64,000 bases of DNA from Rebecca billardiae RCC1528 (lineage: Eukaryota; Protista; Haptophyta). Position 1 is the stretch's first letter; every line of letters begins with the position of its first letter. The notes under the pieces are model-generated. The model searched no databases and had not been told where the DNA came from. It worked only from the letters and a program-made list of their open reading frames with translations. This document shows positions 47,443 through 57,007 of this stretch, piece after piece. A program made the translations under genes and the position numbers. The DNA is taken from assembly GCA_965240325.2 (NCBI GenBank), contig OZ251223.1, forward strand, positions 3,844,001 to 3,908,000, read 5' to 3'.

Positions 47443-48045
47443 TCAGGCCAGCGCAAACGCATCGTCATCAGTGCTCAGCGGCGAGCTGCTGTCGCCAAGG
47501 CCATCGCTCTCGTCACTGCCACTGTCAAAGGTAAAGCCATCGATAAAGGACTTCTGCAGAGCTTGCTGGAGTTCGAGCGCCATTTCGGCTTGCCGAGCGA
47601 TTGCGCTGGCGTTGATTCGCAGCTGCGAGGTAACTTGCGCATCCCCAATAATCTCCGCGACAGTGGTCGCCTCGTTGATCAGCCGGTGCATTGGTCCAGA
47701 GCCATATGTCCGCACGAGCGCTGATTTGCACTGCGTTCCAATCACGACTGGGCTTGTGGTGCTGATGTTGTCAAACTCGCGGAAACGGCGTTTGAGCGCC
47801 CGCTCCCGCGCGAGAAGTTGTTCATGTGACATGGTCTTGGCTCGCGGCCCTGTCATGGCCGTCGGCGGATCTCGCATGCGCGTTGCATGCATCGAACGAC
47901 GTTTGCCGATGTGCGAAATCTGCAACTCATGCAGCTCGCGACGAAGCTCCTCGACTTCGCGTTTGAGACCACAAATGCGCCACTCGTTGTACTTGATGTC
48001 CGCCTCCAGAACATCGCGCTCAAGGCGAAGGGTATCGATTGACAT
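47443..48045 (-). CDS. Hypothetical coiled-coil protein (~200 aa)
   Basis: MSIDTLRLERDVLEADIKYNEWRICGLKREVEELRRELHELQ...; acidic tail; lower GC3 than the housekeeping genes; no family recognised. Confidence 0.55.
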   Translation of the reverse strand: MSIDTLRLERDVLEADIKYNEWRICGLKREVEELRRELHELQISHIGKRRSMHATRMRDPPTAMTGPRAKTMSHEQLLARERALKRRFREFDNISTTSPVVIGTQCKSALVRTYGSGPMHRLINEATTVAEIIGDAQVTSQLRINASAIARQAEMALELQQALQKSFIDGFTFDSGSDESDGLGDSSSPLSTDDDAFALA

Positions 48046-48870
48046 GAGGCGTGCTCCGCGTGCGCGGTGCTCGGCTGCTGAGCCACCACTTGACAGCTGG
48101 CGGCCACGGCCGCCCGGCGAGTTGGACCGCCTCTCGACCAGTGCGCAACCGAACGAGTGCTTCCTTGCGGTAGCGATTCTGAGATTCATGATCAGATTTC
48201 CTTGACCAATGATGAACAACCAGCAGTGCTTCCGCTGGGACGGACCAGGATGAAGCTTGGCTGTGGAGTCGACGGATGGCGCCGCCGTCATGAACACCAT
48301 GCCGCCTACTAGCATTCTTTCGTGCAGAGCGGAGTGCTGCATGATGCAGGAGGCGTGGTTGCGCTTCCAGCGGATTGGTGAAGTAGTAGTACTGTATCGA
48401 CAACATCTCGACCGGAAACGGGACTCGCGACAATTGGCGATCGCGCTTGTGAGCTGATTGCAGACTCGCTTAACGGTGCGTGATGTGCGGCTCGTGAGCC
48501 GAGTGCTAATGGCAGCTCGTGATGAATCAAGTCGGTCGCTTACCGGCCAAGCAGCTTAGCAGACTGCAACTTATGACTCAAACCGGCCGAGCAGCTGAGC
48601 AGACTGCCACCGCCGAGTCAAACGGCCAAACTCACCGGATATCGGAGTGGGAAAGTTTGGGCGTCAAGAGTAGTAAAGACGGTGGATCGGATTGGTGCCT
48701 GAGCCGAGTGTGCACATTAAACAGAGTCAACCGTAGCCTCGGCCTGTCGGTACAGCGGAGCTCTCCCGCGAGCCTCGCCAGGCTGAGTCAGACTCAGAGT
48801 CCAGGCGGGGCAGGCCGTCGTGGGCCTACGTATGCATCATATTACTATTAATACCATTGAGCAATATATT

Positions 48871-50870
48871 ATGGCCCGCGGTGCAGGGCGGAGCGCGTAG
48901 CGTGGAGCCCCGCCGGGGGCCCTCACTACGTTGTCAAAAAGCAGATCTTTTGATCAAAGAAAAGGGGACGGGGGACGATTTTGAGGGCTGTTGGAGGGTG
49001 AGTTTTCGCTTTTTCGAGGGGTACATTCGCCCATTGCTCTGCATTAGCAAGACGCGATTGACGAAATAGCCGCGCCCGGGCCATTTCGCATATGTCGATG
49101 GACGGACGTGCATTTGTCAGTATATCTGGGTGAACGAATCTGCGATTTGTTGTAAATCTTCATAGCATATTGCCAAATAGGACGAGGACCCAGCGCGTGC
49201 GCTGGAGGTCCTGGGCTCCTGGCAAAAAGTCTTCGTCAAGTACTCAACTTTACTAACGACGAACCTTTATTGCGCGCTGCCAAATTACTCAACTTTACAC
49301 CTGAATGACCCCAGTGGGCGGAAATGGCCATATCTCCCGGAGATCGGGAGTACTCACACGTGTGAGTCATGTTTCGCATTTACTATGATGTTTGCTCTTC
49401 GCCCATGCCAACTTTGCTATTGACAAAAACGCAGCGGCTTGGTTACGACCCATAGAAAGACGACCACCAATCAGCACACAGCAAACGAGACAACCTTCAC
49501 TTTCGAGCGGGCGAAAGGAGCTTTGGCCTTCAACCCGCAGGCATATGCGTTCTGGCGCTGGCCTTCGTTCGGCGCCCGAGCATCATCGGTAGACGTGTGG
49601 CGTGCCGGCCCACGGTCCGCCGCCCTCGCCCTGCTCATCTTCATCGTCTCCTCATCCTCCTCGTCGTCCGCGCCGCCGCCGTGCGCCAGCGCCTCCGCCA
49701 GCGCGGCGCCGCGCAGGTGCTCGCGGAACAGCGCGACGGCGCCAGAGCGCGCCGGCCGGCGTGGCGCCGGCGGGCGGGCGCGCGGCGCTCAGCGCGGTGC
49801 CGAGCAGCCCGCCGAGCGCGCGCAGCTGCGCACCCGCCGGCAGCTCGAGCAGCGCCGCGTGGCACGCGCCCGCGCCGGCGGCGCCGAGCTCCGCGCACAG
49901 CACGGACAGCCCTCGTGCCCACGCCGCCGCGCGCCCGCCCGCGCCCGCGGCGTGCAGCGCGCCGAGCGCGGCGCCGAGCGCGGCGCGCGCTGCGGACGTG
50001 TCGGCGGCGCACAGCGCACCCGCCGCCGCGCCCAGTGCACACGCGGCACACGCGAGCAGCTTGAGCACGCTCGCGCATGCCAACTGCGAGTGCGGAGGCG
50101 CTGGGCGCCGAGCTGGCGAAGCGCGGCGCCGAGCTCGACGCGCTGCGCGACGCGGAGACGGACGCGCTGGGCGCGCGTGGCGCCCTCGTCGCGACGCCCC
50201 GTGCAGCAGCTCGAGCAGCCAGCTGTGGAGTAGACGGCCGTCGAGGCGATCGGCGCCGGGCGCCAGCGCGCACGGGCTCAGCCCGTGCCGCTGGCTCGGG
50301 CCGCCGCAGCCGTCTTCGAGGCCGACGCGGCGGAGGAGGCGGCGGGCGAGCACGGCGGCGCGGTGGAGCAGGCGCGCACGCGCGGCGGCAGGCGCGACGC
50401 GCCGCTCGCCTCGTTCCACCCCGAGCTCCGCTCGGTCTCGGTGCGCGGCTGCCGGCAGCGCAGGCCGGGGCAGCACTGCGCGGCGCGCGCTCTCGCTCCG
50501 TCTGCCGGCACGAGGTGCGCCGGCTGAGTGAGCGACCAGCGGCCCGTCGTCGAGCGCATGGCGCCGCGCGAGCACGTCAAGCAGACTGTGCGCCCGCACG
50601 CGCGCACGCGCTGGCCCGCGCCGCGCGGCGCCTATCGCCCTGCCTGCGCGCGCGCGCCGCCCCGCGGCGGCCGCTTCCCCGCGCGGCGGCCCGCCGGCGA
50701 CAGTCCTCGGCCCGCCGGCCCGGTGGGCGGTAACTGAGTTGTGGCGGTGGCAGCTCCGAGGCAAACGAACTGTTACACATGTCCGACTGAGACAGCAGCC
50801 GACGGAGGGTGCACCGCGGGCCCCTAACTGCGTTGGTTCTACGGAAGGACCGCGGAACGCGGTCATTATT
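48871..50870 (+). mobile_element. Non-autonomous Helentron/Helitron2-like element (family B, apparently complete) with gene-fragment cargo
   Basis: 5' subTIR GGCCCGCGGTGCA (48873-48885); exact inverse at 50810-50822; then hairpin GACCGCG-GAA-CGCGGTC (50848-50864); T/A-rich flanks; no TSD. Confidence 0.72.
49620..50700. pseudogene. Mosaic of coding-like fragments inside the Helentron-like element
   Basis: Minus strand LACASVLKLLAC...LRALGGLLG and LFREHLRGAALAEALAHGGADDEEDEE; plus strand EALGAELAKRGAELDALRDAETDAL. No continuous gene. Confidence 0.5.
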
Positions 50871-51674
50871 GGTCATTGGAAGTCGTTGGGCTGTCGTGGG
50901 TTGAGTGCTCAAAACTGTGGTGATAACGATCGAATTCTCGTGGTAGCTTACTAATCTGCAGCCGTACCGGCCGAGCCGGACCGTGTTCGGGCTTCGGCAA
51001 CCACTTTGGCGTCGTCCGGCACCTCGTCACGCCAAAGCGTGCGGCTCGGCTCACGCGCCGCAGACACCGCACCAACAGCAGTTGCCTCAGCCAGCGGCCA
51101 GCGGCTCCCTCGCTCGCCGAGCCAGCGGGCCGGGAGGGGGAGCACGCTAAGTGCGCTTTTGCGGTCTCCCCTCACTTTCCATGCATCACTCAAGTCTGTC
51201 AGACGCAAAGTTCTGGCAGCAGGCGGCGCATGGGCGCCCTGGGCAGCGTCCAGTGCGTGTTGATAAACCGCAATTACTACCGCACCGTTGTTCATCATCA
51301 TACACAATCACAGTAGCTGCATGTCCTGGCGAGCCAGTCACAGTGGCGAGACCAGGCTGCCAGATTAAGCTAGTTAGTATTTACTATTATTATGACCGAT
51401 CTGACGGACTGCTGATCAGAATTGATGTAAATGATGACGACGATAAATATATGTACATATATATACAAGTATAGTATATATATTATACTATGGCTGCTTG
51501 TATTATATATATATATACACACACACATATATATATATATCCTTTGCATGTCAGGAGGCCGTGATATGAACCGGACTACGATGACTGCTGATGCAAGTGA
51601 GTGGTGTCGTCATAATTATTGACTGACTCATCCTATATATATTCGTAATAATATAACAGTCGACTCGACGACCG

Positions 51675-54072
51675 ACTGTAGGGGGTCCATCTGATTAAAT
51701 CGAGTTTTGATTTCTTTTCTTTTCCTTTTCAGAACTTGTTCGGCGTGTTTTCGCGATCGGCAGATTCCAAATCCGCGCTCGGCTCGGCCCGGCGCGGGAG
51801 CGGAGCTCTGAACGGGGTCGGCAAGGCTGATGGCCCTCGTCGACGGCCGTCCGCTCGCCATTGGGCGCGCCCACATCGGCGCAGGCGCCTCGCCGAGCGA
51901 CTCGGTGGACACGGACACGTAGCCACGGTTCGTGTGGACCGGGCTCTCGCTGGGAGTCGCTGGCCAAACGACGCTCGTGCTTCATCATTTGAATCTGCGT
52001 GCTCGACGTGTGCTGCTCGCGACCAAGGAGCGCGTCCTGGGAGCACGTGCAGGAGAGCAATACGGAGACGAACATGCGCAATATGGTGGGATGGGCATCG
52101 ACAACGACTGGACACTGTCTCCTTCCCCACCCGTCGCTGCCATCTCGCCCTCGGACGTGCCCGCGACGCCTCTGCCGCAAGGGCCAGCTGCCGCCGACCA
52201 ACTTGCGGACCGCTGTGCCGGGCATGACGAGGTCCAGGGCGCGGCAGATGATGATGCACGCGTGCCCATGGGTGTGTGCGACCCGCCCGAGGTCCCTGCC
52301 GGCACCGCCGAGGGGCTCGCCTCCTCCGCGGACGGCCTCGACTGTGAGCAACCGTGCAGGCCCGAGCTACGGCCTGACGTCAACGTCAGCGCGCAGCAGC
52401 TCGAGGAGACGGCGGTGGCGGCGCGCGCCATCCACGTGCTGCAGCCCTTGGCCGGTCGGCCCGTGGCCGGCACTCGCCCGCGGTACGCATCGGTGCTCAA
52501 CTTCATGCTCCTCGACCTCCTCCGCACGCTCATGGACCTCATGCTCGAGAACTTGAAGAAGCACAAGCCGTTGGTCAGAGTGTTCACCCCGGCGTGCGCC
52601 CAGACCGCGCGCGACGGTGGGACGAAGAAGCCCAAGGCGCTCACGCTCGTCTGCGTGGATGCGCTCGGCATCTCGTTGCGCCACGACTCGCCGCGGCTCG
52701 AGGTGATCGGCATCTGGCTGATGACCGTGCACAGGTGGTGGAAGGGCAAGCACGAGGACATGGAGCGCATCCTGAGCCGGAAGCAGGGCGCGTCGGCGGC
52801 GGAGAGGAAGGCGGAGCTGGATGTCGACGACACGTCGCTGGGCGCCGGCGACGACAGCTGCCCCTTCCGCGACCTCTACTCGCCCCCCGACGCCAGCGCG
52901 CCGCGCGCGTCCGCAGCAGGCCGCGTGCAGGTGCAGCTGCACGAGCAGCGCGTGACTCCTGCTGAGCACGCGATCATCTTGGAGCAGCAGGTGCGCCTGA
53001 CGGAGCAGCAGGTGGAGCTGAACTCGTCGCGCAAGGCGATCGCGCGCGCCGTCGCCGACGCTGCGCGCGCCAGCTTGCGCGCCAACGCAACCGAGCGCAG
53101 CGCGCGCGGGGGCACAGATCGAGCTGCGGCCGAGCGGGCTGCCATGGCTGCCGACTGCGCCGAGTTCGAGCGCGAGAGGAGAGCGCCGGAGCTCGAGGGC
53201 GAGCGCGCGGCGAAGCGCGCGCAGTCCGCCGCAGTACTGGTGGACCGGTGACGCCCTCGCGTGGGCTAGGGTACGACGAACGGCGACGACGCCGGTGACA
53301 CAGAGCACGGGCACGGAAGTCGCCGAACGGACCGCGGCAAGCTCGGCGGCGGCGACTGCTAGTCTGCGCACGCAAGCCTCGATGGCGGAGGACTCTCTCA
53401 CGACTATGGGGATGGTGGCATGCTCAGAGGTGGGCTTGGTAGTGTGCTTCGGCACGCAGCCCGCCGCCCGCATCAGGTCCGTCCGGGCCTGCTGCGGCAC
53501 GGTTCGAGTGGCATGAGCCCGCGGTCTCCGCGCGGCGGCGCGGCCTATTCGGATGACCCGGCACGAATAGTGAACAAGGTACCCCCATATTGACAGCACC
53601 CTGAATATATATTTAAAACGCACCCGCGTTATATAATAAACGGTAGACATGCGCATATATACGGGTACGTGTCTCTAATTAAATGGGTAACATGCTCGAT
53701 CTTGGAGTAGTTTTTCCTCGCCCTCTACGCGCACTCATCGTGCCTTCTAAAAATCAGCAATTCCACCGTAATTTTATTTGGGCGGGTTGCAACGGTTATG
53801 AATAAGTATGTTTGACGATATACCGTCATTTAGCCGCCATAACAAGTCGTTGACGTTTGGCTGAATCTGTATGTGACACAGTGGCGCAGCTGGCGCGCGC
53901 GCACGACCGCGTGACGGCACGCGGAGTCGGTTTTGCGTGCTTCTGACGGCTGGGCTGGGTTCCGGGACATATTTGTGGGTGCCTTCGCAAGCGCCTCGCT
54001 CGTCAGACACCTAAATCGCATAGTTGTCGAAAATCACAAATCAGTGGGCTGCTGTCATGGACCCCCTACGGT
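51675..54072. mobile_element. ~2.4-kb TIR-bounded DNA element
   Basis: ACTGTAGGGGGTCCAT (51675-51690) vs the inverse at 54057-54072 (15/16). A further CTGATT/AATCAG match follows a 12-nt insertion. AT-rich subterminal regions. Confidence 0.6.
52091..53251 (+). CDS. Orphan intronless protein inside the TIR element (helical core plus C-terminal coiled coil)
   Basis: Long ORF with strong GC3 bias in its core (VLNFMLLDLLRTLMDLMLENLKKH...IWLMTVHRWWKGKH). Start uncertain. No DDE motif recognised. Confidence 0.6.
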   Translation: MGIDNDWTLSPSPPVAAISPSDVPATPLPQGPAAADQLADRCAGHDEVQGAADDDARVPMGVCDPPEVPAGTAEGLASSADGLDCEQPCRPELRPDVNVSAQQLEETAVAARAIHVLQPLAGRPVAGTRPRYASVLNFMLLDLLRTLMDLMLENLKKHKPLVRVFTPACAQTARDGGTKKPKALTLVCVDALGISLRHDSPRLEVIGIWLMTVHRWWKGKHEDMERILSRKQGASAAERKAELDVDDTSLGAGDDSCPFRDLYSPPDASAPRASAAGRVQVQLHEQRVTPAEHAIILEQQVRLTEQQVELNSSRKAIARAVADAARASLRANATERSARGGTDRAAAERAAMAADCAEFERERRAPELEGERAAKRAQSAAVLVDR

Positions 54073-54297
54073 GACCGAGTCAGGTAGTTATTGTTAGTAG
54101 TGCGGACCACGACCGCGGCAGCACAGTCTGTACTGCGCGTTGATACGACTGCCTCAGAGTTGTCATGCGGTTGCCATATGCTAGTCTCAGACTCTCAGAT
54201 GGACCTAGAGTGACTCGCAGCCGCTCGAGCCGCCAGCCGCAGGTACGGGCCGCCGGCGGAACTGCTAAGACCGGCCCGCAGCAAAGCAGTCAGCTGC

Positions 54298-55380
54298 TCA
54301 CTTTGCCAGGAACAAGCGTTCGAAGGAGGGCTCGTCCGGCTTGTACGGCGAGAGCTGAAACGTCTGGTTTGCCGGAGGACGAGATCCTGAACTGTCGTCA
54401 TGATCCCCCCGAAGCAGGCGGATGAACCTCTCGTTGTGCGCCTTGAAGAAATGGTCGAGCCGCTGTCGTGAGCGTGGGCTGAGGTCTTCCTCCTGCCGGT
54501 GGGCATTCTTGTGCGCGGCCTCCACGCGCGTGAGCGCGAGCTCGGCCGCCATTGGAGCCTGCGGTCCAAGCAGAAACGCGGTCAGATCCCTGCGCACCGT
54601 GTCGGGCTGCTCGACAAAGCCGCCAAATGAGATGACCAAAAATTGCGCTGGATCAAAGTGCCCTAACCAATTTTGGAGCTGCCCGTGGTACAGGCCGCCG
54701 GTGAGGCATTCGCATGACACCTGCTCCACGCAGCGGCAGTCTCTCAGCTCCAGCGCGCGCACGGAGTCGAGCGCGACGTGATCGCGGCGCGCGCATGCCG
54801 AGATCCCGTCCATTGCAAGGCGTACAAACGGGTTGATCGATGGCAAGTTTGGGTGATACTTACGGCCGATGTGGTAGTACCAGGACTGGAGACGAGCTGT
54901 TGGATTGCGGACGGAGAGCACAAAACGCAGCTTCGCGCTCAGCTCCGCCCCGTAGGTTTCCACGATCCGTAGCGGCACAGCCGCGACCCGAATGTAGCGT
55001 GGGGTGTAGTCGACTGCGTTGATGATGGCCACCCGGTTCGAAGAGTTCACCCGGTGGCTGCATCCGCCGAATCGCTGCGCGTAAGCGGCCATGCTCATAT
55101 CAGCCTTGTGCGTGTCAAAGTAGTGAATCTCCTTCGGGCCGTTCCGGGTGCGCACTGCGTTGTGGCGCTGCGACTTGACATCGAAGATGCGGTAGATCTC
55201 CGCAGCGATGCTCGTCGTGCCAGCCTTTTGCGCACCGATCAGCATCGCCGAGGGCAAATTATGCGAACGGTAGCACCATCGGTTTGGCCCGAGCTCATTC
55301 ACACCATGGAGTGCGCCCACCCCCGCTAGAGCCCACGTAGCAGCAGCGGACAGCAGCCGATATGCTGTACCTGGCTGCAT
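54298..55380 (-). CDS. Secretory-pathway PAPS-dependent sulfotransferase (heparan sulfate 3-O-ST/NDST-like)
   Basis: LPSAMLIGAQKAGTTS (5'-PSB), KEIHYFD, DYTPRY, VRNPTARLQSWY (3'-PB), GLYHGQLQNWL, FFKAHNERF; hydrophobic N-terminus. Confidence 0.9.
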   Translation of the reverse strand: MQPGTAYRLLSAAATWALAGVGALHGVNELGPNRWCYRSHNLPSAMLIGAQKAGTTSIAAEIYRIFDVKSQRHNAVRTRNGPKEIHYFDTHKADMSMAAYAQRFGGCSHRVNSSNRVAIINAVDYTPRYIRVAAVPLRIVETYGAELSAKLRFVLSVRNPTARLQSWYYHIGRKYHPNLPSINPFVRLAMDGISACARRDHVALDSVRALELRDCRCVEQVSCECLTGGLYHGQLQNWLGHFDPAQFLVISFGGFVEQPDTVRRDLTAFLLGPQAPMAAELALTRVEAAHKNAHRQEEDLSPRSRQRLDHFFKAHNERFIRLLRGDHDDSSGSRPPANQTFQLSPYKPDEPSFERLFLAK

Positions 55381-55557
55381 CCGACATCTCCACCTTGGGT
55401 GACCACTGACCAGGGCGTGACCGTGAGGCCAGGAATCCGGATTCCTCCGCTGCGGACGGGCCGGGCCGTGCTCGGTGCGCCGCCGCCGGCCGCGGGTTTC
55501 GAGACCGCCGACCTCGCGAGCGCGAGGAACATCGACGACAGCGGCGGTTCCGGCCCG

Positions 55558-56724
55558 ATGGCACCCATTCGCTTGCTGACGCGCGAAGCGGCGCTCGAGG
55601 CAATGGCAAGGCGCGTGCCTGCTTGGCCCACGGCGAATTTGCTCGCTATGTACAGCTCTGCCCTCGGTGGAGTCCTTACAGACCGTGCGCTCATGAACGT
55701 GCCAATCGACGACCACCTTGTACACCGCGGCCATGGCGTCTTCGACACGTGCAACGTCATCAACGGGCGGGCGTATGGCCTGGACTTCCACCTGGATCGC
55801 CTCTACACGTCAGCGCGTCAGGCGCGGATCGACCCACCGCCTCGCTCCCAGCTCAAGGACGCGATTCTGGCCACGATTGCGACAGCAGGCGAGCGCAACG
55901 GTGTGTACTGTCGGTACTGGCTGAGCGTCGGCCGTGGCGACTTTTCGGTGAGCCCGCGGCAGCTGCCCACGCACGGTGCCATCGCTGGCGAGGCTGAACC
56001 CCCAACCCCCTCGACATTCTACGCCGCTGTCCACCGCTTGCCGGGAAAGCCCCTCGGCGACGACGCAGTCGGTGTAGCGGAGGCGACCGTCAAGATCCCG
56101 CTCAAGACACAGATGCTCGCGACGATGAAGTCGAACAACTACCTCCTCAACGCGCTGGTCGCGATGGAGGCAGAAGACCGGGGCGGCACGCTGGGGATCC
56201 AGGTGGATCCGGATGGCTGCCTTGTCGAGTCGTCGATCGCATGCGTGGCGATTGTCACGCGCGACGGCGTGCTTAGGGCGCCTCCGTTCGATTACACGCT
56301 GGCGTCCACGACCGTCGTGCGCTCTTTCGAGCTTGCTCGTGCGAATCTTCTCGGCTCATCGGATGGGCTGCTTCGCGATGTGCGGCAGGAGCCCACTCTC
56401 CTCACCGAGGCCTACGACGCGCTTGAATTGATCGCTCTCGGAGGTTTGCGCGCTCGCACGCCGTGCACGCGCGCGTGTGGTCCGCAAGCTGTGTGCATTG
56501 CGCGCATCTTGCGTGCCGCCATTGAGTGGCCCTCTGCGCGCTGCGCGCACACATGCCCTCCCGTCGCAGGTGGTGCCATTCGGTCCGTCGTCTCGCTCGA
56601 TGGCCGCACCATTGGCGACGGCAAAGTTGGACCAGTGGTCCGTGCGCTCTCGAAGCTGCTCGAGGCTGACATGGCCAACCCGGAGTTCCTTGATGACATT
56701 CCGTACGAGACCTACGCACAGTGA
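55558..56724 (+). CDS. PLP-dependent class IV aminotransferase (plant-type D-amino-acid transaminase/ADC lyase-like); in-frame intron 56444-56569
   Basis: AMYSS..GG..TD.ALM.VPIDDHLVHRGHGVFDT, HLDRL, ATMKSNNYLLNAL, IGDGKVGPV. Confidence 0.92.
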   Translation: MAPIRLLTREAALEAMARRVPAWPTANLLAMYSSALGGVLTDRALMNVPIDDHLVHRGHGVFDTCNVINGRAYGLDFHLDRLYTSARQARIDPPPRSQLKDAILATIATAGERNGVYCRYWLSVGRGDFSVSPRQLPTHGAIAGEAEPPTPSTFYAAVHRLPGKPLGDDAVGVAEATVKIPLKTQMLATMKSNNYLLNALVAMEAEDRGGTLGIQVDPDGCLVESSIACVAIVTRDGVLRAPPFDYTLASTTVVRSFELARANLLGSSDGLLRDVRQEPTLLTEAYDALELIALGGLRARTPCTRACGPQAVCIARILRAAIEWPSARCAHTCPPVAGGAIRSVVSLDGRTIGDGKVGPVVRALSKLLEADMANPEFLDDIPYETYAQ

Positions 56725-57007
56725 CGAGATGGGCTCTATCTCGTAATCATAATCGCATGTTTTTCGCGCGGGCCTTCACGATCACTCAGATTGATCGGCG
56801 GGACGTCGTGGAGGGCTGGCTTATTGGCAGGTCGTCCCGCCGCACCCGCGGGGGCCGCACCCGCGGGCGTCGGCGGCGGAGGCTCCGGCTTCGGTCCACC
56901 CCCCTAAGCTCCATAGCATCTTGGCCCCTGGCCGAAGCCATCCAAGCGGACCATGCAGTGCAGTCCTATTCGACCCCCGATTGATGGATTCGAGAAGCTT
57001 TTGGGCA

